The notes under the pieces were generated by a model. It searched no databases and was not told the DNA's origin. It was given only the letters and a program-made list of their open reading frames with translations. A stretch of DNA of 64,000 bases from Mytilus trossulus (Eukaryota), in NCBI RefSeq assembly GCF_036588685.1, contig NC_086373.1:25978001-26042000 (forward strand). The letters are read 5' to 3'. The position numbers were made by a program, and so were the translations under genes. Within the stretch, counting starts at the first letter, position 1, and the number at the start of each line of letters is the position of its first letter. Below are positions 1 to 15,000 of this stretch, piece by piece.

Positions 1-2470
1 CTAAGATGTTGCGTAGGACAAATATGTGGTCGATGCAGCCTCTACCTTTTCTGAAACCAGCTTGTTCTTGTCGTAGTTTCTTATCCACAGCCTCTGTTAT
101 TCTTGAAATTAAAATTATGCAGAAGACCTTACTTGGAATGGATAGTAAGGTGATTCCTCTCCAATTGTTGCAGTTAGTCTCCTGATTTTGGTATTGTAAT
201 GATGTTGCCTTCAGACCAATTGTTAGGGATAATAGCTTGTTCCCATATTTTCTGGAATACTGGATGTAAAGTATCCGCTGCTAGAACTGGGTCTATCTTA
301 AAAAGTTCTGCGTTCAGTTGGTCCATGCCAGGTGCCTTTTTGTTTTTCAAGCTTTTAATGGCTTTCTGTATTTCTTGTTTTGAAGGTGGATCTGTATCTA
401 TTTCAAGGTCTAAGGGTGCCTCAGGAATAATTGCTATATTATCTGGATCTTTTCGATTAAGAACCTCTTGAAAATGTTCCTTCCATCTCAGATATTGGTC
501 TCGTTCTGTTGTTATCATATTGTTGTTTTTGTCTTTAATAGGCATATTTATCTTAGCATTTTTACCACTTAGTTGTTTAGTTACTTGGTAAATCTGTCTC
601 ATTCTCTGATTTGAAGCTGCACTTTCTGCTTCTTTTGCTAGGTCTTCCATAAAATCTCTCTTGTTCTTTCTTGTTGCTGTTTTTACCTTCTTGTTGCATT
701 CTGTATACTTTGATCTTAGCTTTTCCTTAATTCTCTCAGAACGTGTTTGGCAAATTTTGTTGTTCACTTCTTTCCTTTCATCTATCAAATTCCAAGTTTC
801 AGGTGTTATCCATTCTTTGTGTACTTGTCTTTTGAATCCTAGTACCTGTTTACTGGCTTGAGTGTAGATTTCATGTATGTGCTGCCATTCATCATTGACT
901 GATATTGTGGTTGTGTTGTCAGTTGTGAGGTTGTCTAATAGCTGAAACCTGTTCTTTATTTCCAGTTTAAACTCTTGCTGGATTTTTGGATCTTGTAATT
1001 TACCAACATCAAATTTCCTTGACACGTTTACATAAGTAGACAACTTTTTAAGTTTCAGTTTGATGTTTGCAATTACTAGATGGTGGTCACTAGCAACATC
1101 TGCACCCCTCATAACGCGTACATCTTGCAGAGATCTTTTCCACTTTCCATTGATGATAATATGGTCTATTTGGTTTTTGTCTCTACCATTTGGAGAAGTC
1201 CATGTCAGCTTATGTATATCTCTATGAGGGAAGATAGTACCCCCTATTACAAAGTTATTAGCACTACATAAGTCCACTAAACGTTCTCCATTGTCGTTGA
1301 TCTTGCCACACCCATATTTTCCCATTTCTCTTTCATTCCCGGTGTTATCATTTCCTACTTTGGCGTTCAAATCACCCATCACTATTGTAACATCATGTTT
1401 TGGTACTTTTTCTATCTCAGATTGTAGAGCTAGATAGAAATCAGTTTTCACATCATCCTCTGCTTCATTTGTTGGAGCATAGCATTGAATGATGGTTAGT
1501 TTTCCCTGCCTTGCTTGGAAGCGAGCTCTGATTATTCTTTCGTTTACAGGGGCATACTCTTATCATGGCCTTTGTAACGTTTCTGCTCATTATAATTGCT
1601 ACTCCTGCTTGATGTTTTTCGTCTTTTCTACCAGAATACAAAATTGTTTTACCTGTACTTGTAGATTTTTTACCACATCCAGTCCATCGACATTCACTAA
1701 TACCTAGCAGGTGGAGTTTGTATGCTCTCATTTCTCTGATGACTTGCGCTTGTTTTCCTGTTTCATACATTGTTCTTACATTCCAACATCCAAGTTTTAG
1801 TTTTGTTCTCGTGCTCAAAATACTTTTCATGTTGTCAGCTTCCGTTAGGCTTTCACTGACATCATTCATGCTTGCAGATGTCTGCTGGTACTCTGATCTT
1901 AATACGAGATGAGTTAAATTTTTTCTTGTCCTTGTTTCCGTAACTGCATTTTTTTTATGAGACGAGATAGTTGGTCTTGTGCTCAACCCCCAACCTGGAG
2001 GGCCAGTGGATTTCGTGTTAAGGTTCCAGTCCTCTAGATCAGTTGCCAAACCAAGGCTTACGAATCATGATCTTTCCGGTTTTGTTCGAGTTGTCTCTCT
2101 TAGATAGGTTGCCTTGCTGGGCTTATGACTCCTATCTAGCCAACTATTTACCCATAGCTGGAGCAAGGTTGATGAGTGCAAGGGCATATCCACACATCGG
2201 TGGGCCTACACACTGCATCTCTAGGGCCCTTGCTGCTCCGAGATCCCCAAGCAGTTCAGCCTGACTTCGAAAGATGTCAGTTACCAGTGTTACCAACGAG
2301 GAGGATACTGCTAGAGTCTTGGTAATGTAGAGACTGTATACTGGCAGGAAAGACTTACACACTCGGCTTTCTTTTCACATAAAATATGCTAGCCAGCGGC
2401 GATAAGAACCATATGAATAGATCTACCGCACTAGACGCATAACATTACCCTGTGGAACAAACACCACTAA
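1..2470 (-). mobile_element. RTE-clade non-LTR retrotransposon (APE endonuclease and start of RT), frameshifted; continues past the window edge
   Basis: ORFs 1465-2049 and 174-1451 carry APE motifs (LGCWNVRTM, LGISECRW, MGDLNAKVG, TW.SPNG...NQIDHI, SDHHLV) and pre-RT motifs (KKAPGMD). NCNNWRGITLLS and QAGFRKGRGCID continue in a shifted frame below 174. Frameshifts near 1560 and 175. The 5' boundary is approximate. Confidence 0.9.
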
Positions 2471-3059
2471 CACCATGGGGTACTTCAAATATTTCTTGGA
2501 CATCTGATTGTGATATGAATATACTGGTACCCTAATTCAATAGACAGACAGACGTATTTTAAGGAAGTAAAACTTTTAAGGAACATGTATCAATCAGAAA
2601 AAGTTTACAATATAATATTTTTCAAATATGAACAAATTCTGAACCGAGTCTGCAGACCCTCAGAAAATGATAAATGGCATCAATCAGTAAGTTCTAATCA
2701 TAACTGCTTTGTTGATCTTTAAATATATTTCTTTATGTCTCCTAAATACTGTTGTTTGAGTAATAATTTTTCTATAGATATTAATTAACTTCTTGATTAG
2801 ATTATAATTTTGTGTTTCCCAATGGTAAATATTTTACAGAGCCAGTACTCAAGTATTGCTCTGCAAATCTAACAAGTAATCAATTAGTAAATCTTCACCG
2901 AGTTGACATCCTTAGTAAAAAGTAACATGTGAACAATTGTATAACTCCAACTATAATAAATTCTGTGGAAGTAAGTCCATAATGTATTGCTGCATAAATA
3001 ATTATTTAAGATAATAAACTTAAAGATGTAGACTTCATTTGTATTGCTTATTTTTATAG

Positions 3060-6000
3060 GTTGAGTACAGTTTAGAGAGTGGATTTGTAAAAGGAATGAA
3101 ATTAGAAGTGCCAAACAAATGTAATACAGATACATACTGGGTAGCTTCAGTACTTATGACATGTGGACCATTATTACGATTACGATTTGATGGGTATGAG
3201 GATGACAACTCGGCTGATTTTTGGTGTGACCTGATGACCTCTGAAATTCATCCTATAGGATGGTGTGCTCAGAATAACCAAATTTTACAACCACCAGAAG
3301 GTATAGTAAAAATTAAAATGTTATTATTTATTGATTCCTCTTGTAAGGAATTTGGTGCAGAAAGTTGTTCAGTTGTCACCTTTCTGTTAAATTCATTCAC
3401 AAGACTTTTGTTTATATAGATTAGACCGTTGGTTTTCCCGTTTGAATGGTTTTACACTAGTAATTTTGGGGCCCTTTATAGCTTGTTGTTCGGTGTGAGC
3501 CAAGGCTCCGTGTTGAAGGCCGTACTTTAACCTATAATGGTTTAATTTTTAAATTGTTATTTGGATGGAGAGTTGTCTCATTGGCACTCACACCACATCT
3601 TCCTATATCTAGCCAATCATTGATGAAGAGCATTGTAAAATGTCCCATTCTCCTTATTGAAGAGTCCACAGCAGTCTCCCACATTTTACATGTTTTCTAG
3701 ATCAAAAATGATCCCAAATCTCAATTATTATAAAGGGAGAAAAATTAAATACATGGTACTGATGTCAGACCACCAATTAAAAATCCCGATCTGTTCAACC
3801 AAATTTGGTAATTTTCACAGCTTTCAAAATATTTTTAAAACTTCATAAAAACCAAATCTTTCCTGAGTTGTACATGTATCAGCTTTCCACATGCCAAATT
3901 TCAACATACGTTTTAAGCCTTCTTATAAAAAACTGACCTTTGAACAGAGGTACTTCAAAAATAACCCCTGGGTTTCAAGAAATCTTAAATTATAAATTTA
4001 ACTTGCCCAGTCTAGGCCACTTATCAGTTGTTTGTGCTCAATTTGAGTGTATTTATTTAGATTATCAATCCTTCTGCTTTAAACACTTTCCAAAAATGGA
4101 AACAAATTATTTTCAGGAAAAAAATAATTTTGATTTTTATGTGGAAAATAATTTTTTGACCCGGGGGCTTATTTTTGACCCGGGTGGGGGGAGGGGAAAC
4201 ACACATATTTTTAATTTTGGCCTAACTCTAACATGTTTTTAATGTGTTTCAGCAATCAAAGACAAGTTTGATGATTGGAGAGATTTTCTTGTGCGGTCAT
4301 TAACTGGTGCCCGTACAGCCCCTTCTTATCTTTTAGATAAGGTAAGAAATAGATTATATATGGCAGTCAGACACTTCATTCATAGTAACCAATAAAAAAG
4401 TTAAACTTTCTTGAATTCAAATAATGATACACTTACAATTATCTGCCAGCTAAAGTAATGGTTTTCTTTTCAAATTGATAAAATGTTACCATTAAAAAGA
4501 TATTGACACATTAATGCAAAAAAATGCAAAACAAAAATTGGTATCCTCATTTTGGCCTTTTTGAAAAAAACATCCAGAATTCATGGCTGCAGTGTATGAA
4601 TTTACATAAATGTATATATTACAGAATACAGGAATAACTCCAATAGATCAGCTCAAACAAGGCATGAGATTAGAACTCCAGCATCCTATCAATCCATTAG
4701 AAGTTTGGGTAGTCAAGATACTGGAGAATGTTGGTGGCCGTCTGTATCTGAGGTTTGAAGGTGTAGAAACTGCAACCCACGATTTCTGGCTATTCTACTT
4801 AAACCATAGACTGCATCCCATTGGATGGGCTAAAGCTCACGGATTCAGATATCTACCACCAAAAGGTTTGTATATAGAACTAGCCGCAATACAGAGACAT
4901 TTATGTGTTGTTAGCATTGATAACAGAATGTATAATCATGTCATATACTTTTGTATGCATATTGTCTTCAGTCATAATAGTAAACAGAGTTTGAAATATA
5001 CACATGTCTTTCTTTTCTTAAGCGAAGTGCTACCCCTAAACCCAAACTATTTGAAAGTGTGAAATTACTTTTGTTTCAGGGTAACCAATTTGGTTAACTA
5101 TTCCAAATCACTGTTTACATAATCTATTATTTGCTGTAGTATATACACGTTTGGATGCATTTATAATTCTATTGTTTATTCAATTTTCATGAAAAACATT
5201 TTTTTTGGGTGAAGATTTTATGAATTTTTGTTTTTAAATTTGACCTTATAACATGAATAATGTTGCCTATGTTTTATCCTTACTTTTAGAGTTGATAAGT
5301 GAAGATAGTGAGACAGATTGGCCAGAAGTATTGAAGACAGCTTTGAAAGATGCTGAGAAATTTGTTTTACCACTTGCCATTTTTAAGGTGAATCATATTA
5401 ACTTGTTTCTTTACAAAATATAAAGTAAAATTACATCTATATGTGTGTTTAAATACCATGACTTTTGTTTAGGGTGGGAACGTGAAAGAAGTGTGTTTCC
5501 TACGATCCAGAATTTTCTAAAAAATATTGTCAAGATGTATTTTTATGCCCCATTTATGGGCATTATGTTTTCTGGTCTGTGGGTATATTTGTTTGTTCAT
5601 CCGTTCGTCCGTTAGTCCCGCTTCAGGTTAAAGTATTTGGTCGAGGTAGTTTTTGATGAAGTTGAAGTCCAATCAATTTGAAACTTAGTAGATATTTTCC
5701 TGATATGATTCTTTTTTTATTCCTATGCCAAATCAGAGATTTTTTCCCATTTTCACAGTCCATTGAACATAGAAAATGATAGTGTGGATGGGGCATCCAA
5801 TTACTATGAACACATTCTTGTTTTAATACATTGTAGTGATATAATATTGAAAATTTTTAAGCACTCAAATTTTATGTTATTTTTTTGTGAAAGAAGCATT
5901 TAATAGGCTAGACTTTATTTTATTATCTGTTCAACAGACCCAATCAACTCAAATTTTTCAGATTTCAAAATAAAAATAAAGAAGTGCTTCTTATTTCTAA

Positions 6001-9000
6001 TTTCATTTTTTTTCCCGGCGACTATTCACCAAATCCCTGGAAAGTAACATTTAGGTTTCTCTTATTATAAGAATAAGGAGATGTGGTATGATTGTCAATG
6101 AAAGCAATTATAGGCAGCTGTATGGCCTCCAACAATGAGAAAAACCCATATCATATAGTTGGCTTTAAGTGACCTCACCATGAAAAATATAAAACAATTC
6201 AATTGAGAAAAATATTCTTCTATAACAGATGAATTACTTTTAATTTATTTGAACAAATATACCAAAAAGAATTAGATATGTATACCAGAAACTGTTTAAA
6301 ATATTTATTTTAATTTCTTTGTAGGACCAAGAGGAAGTGAATGAGCATAATTTTGAGATAGGTTGGAAGCTTGAAGCTCTCAATCCTATAAATAAAACAC
6401 AGATATGTCCTGCGACTGTACTATATGTTTTAAATTCACGTTATTTTGTTGTTGAAATTGATGACTTGGCAAATACAGAAGAAATGTGTAGGATAAGATT
6501 CTCATGTTATTCTGGATCTAAGTGTATATTTCCTATGAAGTGGTGTCGGTCAAAAGGCATAAATGTTACTCCACCTAATGGTAAGGTTCATTTAGATTTA
6601 TGGCGAAATATTTGATATATTTTGAAAACTTCATTTTGTGCTACACATTATATTATACATTGTCTATTAGATGTTAAATTCATCATTATATAAATAACAC
6701 ATAGCTGAGAGGGTGATAAAGCAGATTGGTACCCTATTAAACAATGCTTTTTCAACAGAAGTGAAGTAAATAGACAATAACTGTGCATGCATTGACTTGA
6801 CATATCAACTATATAAGGATTTGGCGGGAAATGGGGGAATTATAAGCTCTGTTACCTAGAAAAAAATATTTTCAATTGTTGTTATTTTGTTATTGTTATT
6901 TATTTGATTTAAATTTTGGGGGAAATTCCCCTTTTAACATGTTTAAAAGGCCTCAAACCTGGCGGAGAAATTTACATCACAATGAAGCTAATGAAATGTA
7001 CATCACCTGTTGAAACCAATCGATGGTGATTGAATGCGTTTAAGTATGGAATAAAATATCAACAATAAGCAGAACACAGAATGACTTATAGGTTTTTAAA
7101 AAAAAATATTAACATGGGAAATATGTTTTTCCAACAATTGTAAAAGAAATAAGTTTGAGTCGTTCCATGCTTGTATAGTAAATTAGAACTTTAAGCATTG
7201 TCTTTAATAACTTGATGTAAAATTCTATTCATTTCTGTTTAAATTACCTATTTTTGATTGGTCTAGCAGAGAGGGTGGCTTTCAAAAAAATTGTCAACCG
7301 CTCAACCATGTGATAGAGTAAATTAACACCCTTGTATTAGCCAATCAAAATATGGCATTTTAACATGAAGAATAATTATAGATTATGACTTTAATAGGCT
7401 GGTGAATACAAAACTAAAACTATCGGGTTAAATATATTTGAGACAGTATTCTTTTTAATAAAAGTACAGATAAATACCAACAAAAAACCAAAAGTAAAAA
7501 AATCTGAAATATATTTCTGCATGGTGTGCAAAATCATGAAAGCCTATCATTTTAGTACAAGAATGCCTCTAAAATTCGTCAAATTAAAAGAGGAAAGAAA
7601 AGATCAAAATCTTGACTCTTTAGATTTTGTCTAAACAGAGACACTGGAAACTTCTTCCTGCAGTATTACTATTTATGATTACTGTTAAAGTAGAAAAACG
7701 TGATCCTAGTTCCATTTAACAGTATAATTGACCTGTTTGTAGGTTGGCCAAAGTCAACTCTTTCATGGGAGGACTATTTGGATTATTGTAAAGCAGAGGC
7801 AGCACCTAATTCATGTTTCCCTGAGGTATAGTATAATCTATTCAAGGCATTGTTGGATTAAGAAAGAGAATCAGAAGCATTCAGAATAACATCTACTGTT
7901 GTTTTTTTCTTGCAGATTGATACATTTATAACTTTGTTAAAGCAGTGATTTCAAAAGAAAATGGGACATAATCATGCTTTTTTGCTTAAAATTAATAGAG
8001 CAATAACGCGCCATATTTCATAAAACATTCATAATTGGGTATTTTAAAGTTTAAGATACCATTACATCAGATGTTGACCAAAATTAATCTTGTCTAGTGA
8101 AAGAAGAAAACATTTTATTTTCTGAATTATTTTTTCAGAGAAAATTTGACAAAGACATTGAACCTGGAATGAAATTTGAAGCAGTTAATCCAGAAAATCC
8201 TAATCAAATATGTGTAGCTACCATATCAAGAGTGTTTGAACCATTACTGTGGATTCACCTAGACAACATCCCATTGTATGGTAGCAGCCATATTGAACAT
8301 TTTGAATCACACAACTTGTTTCCAGTTGGTTGGTGTGAAAGTAATGGGTACCAGTTGAAAACTCCAGTAAAGGTTAAGAAATCTGCTGTTTTATCAGAGT
8401 GAGTACAATTAATTCTGCAGTATGTGATTGTTTATAATGCAGTAACTTATGTTATTTTATATGGATACTGTCAACTGATATAAAATTAAGTAGATTTTTT
8501 TTAGCTGGAATAGTTTCATTGTTTATCCTGTTAAATTTCGAAATAATAAAAACATTGCAATAATGTTTGAAATTATATTAATATGTTTTTCTATTTAACA
8601 GGGTTACTGATTCAACAAATGAGGTCTTACATTCAAAACAAGGTACGAATTTTAACATGCTCTCTCTGTTTCACATCTGTAAAAAATATTTAGTAATATT
8701 GTTATAACTAAGCTATTTAAAAGGTTTTTTTTACAATTGTTACTGTTTATATGTAAGACATATTATTAAAAACTTGTGTATCAATTTTTCAAAGTAGTCT
8801 AATGTCAGAGTTAAAATGACAGATCTTTTGACAGTTTTAAACCAAACATTTAACTTCAAATGTTGAAGTTGACATTAAAGATGAACATCTTATTATATTG
8901 TTATGTTCGTAACCTCAACTAAACATAAAGCATTTATCAATATAATACAAAACTCTCAATTGGGAGTAGCCACTTGCAAAAGTCAAGTGCATTTTATTCA

Positions 9001-12000
9001 GATAATAAATACACGTAATTCATTTCATATCAATGAGTATTGTGATAAATTAATTGTCTGTCTCTGACTAGCACAGAAATATTTCGACCCATCCTGGACT
9101 ATCAACCTGTAAATAAATTTTTTCTAATTATTTATTTAGAAAAAAGCCTCTAGAACACTTGACTGCAATGACTCGAATGACTCGAACTACTTTAAAACCA
9201 CCCGTGCATGACATTCTACTGGCATTCCTTATATATCCAATCAAACTGACCTATCTTTAAATAGCATAAACATGTGTACCTCACCAAACAAAACAAACTT
9301 GCATAGATATATGTACAACTTTGATAAATATAATTCTATATATGCTATTTATTTCACACTAAACAATTGCAAAAAATACAGTTTTAAAATATCTATGAAC
9401 TAATAAAAAATTTCCTCATTCCACTGAAATTGATACCCACAAAAAGAAACGATTAAACAGTAGTTTAAATCTGTCTTATAGATGATTATTTTGCATATTT
9501 AAGAAATTTTTTGTGCAATCATACCATCTGCATCATTGGATCTATTTTCTTAACACTTGTAACTTGCTATTTTAGGTGGAGAATGGGTCAATAAAGTATA
9601 TTACAACCATCATTGTTTCTCTGGTCCCCATCTGAGTAAGAGTAGAATAGCATCTTTACCAAAATGTGTTGGTCCTGGACCAATATTTCTTGTGATGAAA
9701 GAGGTGTTATCCATGCTGATAAATGTGGCTTACAAACCCTGCAGGGTGCTTAAAGAACTTCAGCTGGAGGGCAGACCTAATTCTGATATGTACCAACAAA
9801 TATTAAAAGCCAAGTAAGTCTTAATCTTATATGTATCTAGTTATAAATGCTTTTCACAGTATTAAGTACTTTAAATTCAAAAATGTGTGTGTGCATTTTT
9901 ATGCCCCACCTACAATAGTAGAGGGGCATTATGTTTTCTGGTCTGTTCGTCTGTTCATCTGTTGGTCTGTCCTTCTGTTTGTTCATTAGTCTGTCCTGCT
10001 TCAGGTTAAAGTTTTTGGTCGAAGTAGTTTTTGATGAAGTTGAAGTCCAATCAACCTGAAACTTAGTATACATGTTCCTTATGATATGATCTTTCTAATT
10101 TTAATGCCAAATAAGAGTTCTGACCAGGGCTTCCAAAACATTCATATATTCCGGTCATTTATATAATGTCCGGTAAAAGACCGGCTGGGTAAAGCATGAA
10201 TCGGTCATATACTTTTTAGTTTTCAAGGCTTTTTCGGTCATAATTTAAGATCTTTTTGACCGTCACCTTTTGCCTTTAACATCCAACACATTTCCAGTCA
10301 TAAATGTGACATGATGATTAATTACTATCAAAACAACACCTACTTCAATACTTTCTAATTTTAATCCAGGCTAATTAGTAGTTGGACAGCTGAAATCTAC
10401 CTGTTCAGGTGACAGGTAAACTATGTTCAGTACCGGACATCGTATAAATTGATCGGTATTATTTTCTTACATTTCAGCGGTTTGTATCTAATTGATTTAG
10501 TCCAAAAGATTAAAATTATTAGAAATTAGTTTATTAACATGATTTGATGAAAAATTAAAAAAGGTTTTAAATAAAAAATCGTCAGAACTACGTCATATGA
10601 ACTAGAACACGTGTGCGCATGTGCACAGGTGGAAAATTTAATAATGCATCCTACATTTCTTTAAAAATGCTAAAATTATCATTGATACCTGTATCTAACG
10701 TTCAATTCAAGTATTTTGTCGAGGAAATAACCTGGAAAGGGCTTCTTTTCTCAGTCGTGCTTTGAAACGTACACGAATTTCACGTATCTGTTTATGCTCC
10801 AAGTTTTACCATTAACAAGTCAACATCCGGTTGAAAATGAAAGTAAAGTTTTTGACAATGTCATTTTGCACAAATAAAAAGTCTAAGGCAGATAGGAGCA
10901 CGCTGATGTGCACACTTTGAATGATGCACTGCCAATTTAACAGTAACATCCGAACATCAAATTCACATCATATCAAAGATAAGTTTAAAATCGTATTTTT
11001 TTTTATGTAATGTCAATCATTGGAATGGCCATCTGATTACCATAATTGCCTTTTGTGACTAAGTCTTAAGGGATTAAAATCGGATCAAATATGAAATGTC
11101 TGGCTGGCTCAAATATTTTTTGGAAGCCCTGGTTCTGACCCCAATTTCACTGTCCACTAAACATAGAAAATGATAGTGCGAGTGGGGCATCCGTGTACTG
11201 GGGACACATTCTTGTTTTTATTGTATTCCTTTAAGAATGGACAAAAATGATAGATTGTGATTTAGGGTTGTAGACCTAGGTTAAGGGAAATAACTCTTAA
11301 AATCATCAGTACGTTTGTCTCAGCCATTTTCATAAATACGTTCTAAGCTTCTAGGATACATAGATTATTTTCAATCTCTTTCAGGTAAATGCTTAAAATA
11401 CGTTTATAAAACTTGACTATTACAAACGCTTCACTGAAATAAAGAGTTATCTCCCTGGACCAAGGTCTACCCTCTTAAGTGAAATCTGCATACAGATATC
11501 AGAATGAGGGTTCTTATAATTGCTCACGTAGTCAAATTATTTTGATTAATAAAAACCTTGAAATAATTTCTGAATTTACCGTAGTTAGGAAGAGTAATGA
11601 TAAATAAAATCTAAGTCAAAATTGTAATGGTAAACAGCTGATTCCGATTCAAGAACAATAAATACAAAAAACATGTTTTGTCTTGGAAATAAGATAATGT
11701 GGTATGAGTGGCAATGAGACAACTCTCCACCCAAGTCACAATATGTAGAAAGTAGACAATTATGTGTCAAAGTAGGGTCTTCAACACTTGTGTAAACCAA
11801 ATCAATCAAATCAGATCAAAAGATCAATCAACACAATTTTTGTTGAAGAAACCTTCAGATTTTATCAATATGAATATGAGACATTGGCCAGATAAGTTAT
11901 TGTGTATGTGATTTTATAAGAAGTTGTTGTTTCAAGTAAAATCCAAGTTGAACAATTTTTTATGAAGTTGATAACGTTCAATGTTTATTTTGGTATACAT

Positions 12001-15000
12001 GAATAAATTTTATTGCTAAAATCAAAGGACAACAGGATATAATCCCCTCAATGTTGAAAATATTAGGCTTTCATTAACATTTGCTAAAAGTTGGGAAGAA
12101 GTCAACAGCAATTGCTTAAAGTTAAAAATGCCCAAAGTAAAGCCAGGAACTGAATTTGTGACAATGTATGTAAGACATTTAAAATTTCACTAACTTCATT
12201 TGATGATTGACTTTAGGTACAAAGGAAAGAGTTACAGAGCAGTTGTAGAAATAATTCAGCATGCAGACAAATTACCAGAGTTCTGTAGGAAAATATGTAC
12301 AAAGTTAGAGTGCTGTCCAAATCTTATCAGTCAAACCTTTATAAATGGAGAATGTCCTGAAAAATGCTCACAACTTACAAAAACTCAGTACAGTAAGTGT
12401 GGCAAATAAATGATTAATATGTTTATAGTATAACAAATACTCAAACTGAAAAGTAACTAACAGAACTGTAGCTCAATCAGGGGTACAAAAACCTGAAAGT
12501 AGAAAACAAATGTCCCGTAAAGTGAATGTGTAACACAAACTAGTAAAACATGTTTCATCAATTTGATTGAATTGTCAATTCTGCTTCCATTCAATACTAA
12601 CAAGGATTTGACAATGCTACATTCTACTTTTTGTTCTGAAAATAATAAGATAAACCAATGAATTTTTTGTGTCGAAATTTTGGAAAATGTATATTGTTAC
12701 GACTAAATCAAATGATTCTGAAAAGTACATTCAAACAGAATATTGTTAATTCCTAATGTCAACAAAGCATTGACACTTGATCTATATTTTGATCAAGTTG
12801 AGTTGTCATTTAACAAAGTTCTGAAGTAATAAGAACAAAAAAGTTTAGTTAGAACTTTGCATGAATGTTTTCTCAAGGAGATAATGAATATGTGTGTTTT
12901 CTAGCAATAACTGAATGAAAGTGTTTATATATAAAAAAGAAAATCTAAAGATTTTTAACAAATTGTGCTTCATATATATATAGAAAATACTTTAAATAGG
13001 GTTGACCAATTAGGTTAAATGATAATAATAAATTTAGTGGTGGCCACTTTTTCAGATAAGAGAGTGAAATGGTTTGAAAATTGTTAGCTTTAAATGAATT
13101 TTAATTTATTTACTACAGCATATTATAATCCAAAAAAGAAAGTGGGTCGACCACCTGGCGGTCACACTAACTTAGAAAATGGTCCCAAAAAGCCAGGAAA
13201 GAAGAAAAAGAAGAAACGAATGAAAATTCTTACCCAAGAAGGGGAGACAAATGCAGAAGAAAATGGCAGCATTGCTGATGGGGATGGGGACGAGGACAAA
13301 GAAAGCGTATCTAGTGAAACTAAAACAATAGAAAGTGGAGAAAATCAATATAATGGTGATCCAACATTAAAAAGGAAATATGTTCACCATATTCCATTGC
13401 CTTCAGAAATCAAAACAAGAGGAGCTAAATTACCTAAATATAGTTTTGAGAGAAAAACACATAAGAAGATTCCAGTACAAGACAAACATCATATTCATAA
13501 CAAACCTGTAAGTAGAGGGTCTTTCTGCATGACTCATTTGTATGTTACTGTGGATTCATTATTATTCATTGGATACCAATTTTCGTGGATTTCGTGGGAA
13601 CAGTTGAACCACGAAATTAAATGTTCAACGAATGACAAATTTTCAATAGGCTTGTATTCAGACTTCGGCAAAACCACGAAATCAAATATCCACGAACATG
13701 TAAGTTTTCCTCAATCCACGAAAATTGGTACCCACGAAAATAAATGAATCCACAGTACTATTTGTCTGATCAATTATAAGTTTGGCGTAAGCTATTTTAA
13801 AATAACTAGATAGGTCAGAACGATTCAAACAGCACTGTGCATTTGGATAGATGGGAAGACTCATAGTAGGTTATCCTGAACTAAAGAAGATCTGTGATAT
13901 GTTACTCGCCATTCAACATTTATGATACAACATTCAGTTCAATATTTACAAACATTACACTAAAAGTCCGGAAAAGTAAAACTTGCAAGTAAAATGGTCA
14001 TACCCCTTTGAAAGGTCATTAGAAACAAATAATCCGCTCATATGAATTTCCAGTTTTATTTTGTTTTGTAAAAGTGTAAGGAGATTTTCAGTTACTAAGC
14101 GAAGTACATTTATGTCTGACTTTTTAGAAGAAAAAAATAATTTATAGACAAAACAGCATTCAAATTGTACTGTTATGTATATACTGGCCTACACTTTAAT
14201 AAGGTTAGAAAACCGTTATGTATATCAAAGTCGCCATTTTTTTCTTATTTTTTAAATTGTATATATATGTAAAACAATTTGATTTTAGCATAAAAAGCAT
14301 CATGTACATGTAAAAGAAGAAAAACAGACATCTCCCCATACCTCACCTGTAAAGAATGCTATGAAACTGAGCAGTAATCCATTGCATTGGTCAGTTCAGG
14401 AAGTTGTTGGCTTTATAAAGGGAACAGAATGTGCTCCAGTAGCAAGGTTATTCAGAGAACAGGTACTTATCCTTAGTTTATCAACCAAGCTTCAAAGGTG
14501 TAAATTCATCAGATAAAGTGGTATCTGTGGTCACTGATGATTGGTTAATACCCACTCACCAATAGTTTAATACTTTGTCAATATTCCTGTCTTAATTTTT
14601 TATAACGATGATGTTTTGTCTTTGTTGAAAAGCTCTTGATATACATTACGACCAAAAAGGTATTTTTGTGCTTTAGATTTATATAATATGATATTTTTAC
14701 AAAAATGAATTTGAAGGCAATTTAGATAGAATTATATGGTTTATGATAACATTTTTATAGTCATGACAAAGAAAATCTGGATTTTGACAGTTATAATACT
14801 TTACTTTAATTGTTTTTAAAAACTACTCATTGAATTAAAACACTTGTCATGTAACATAGACAAAAGCGCTGTGTCTCAAATGAAAGCAGAAGTAGTATTT
14901 TGCCTATTAGATTTAATAATTGCTTGTTAAAAAGTTGAAAAGTTAGCTTGTTACTTCAAAAACTGCTTCCATTTGCGATACAGTGGTTTCATCTAGATAA

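Noticed and set aside
13508-13747. C-terminal part of the 217-aa ORF
   Set aside because: Read-through past the donor at 13508 into the intron and a MITE.
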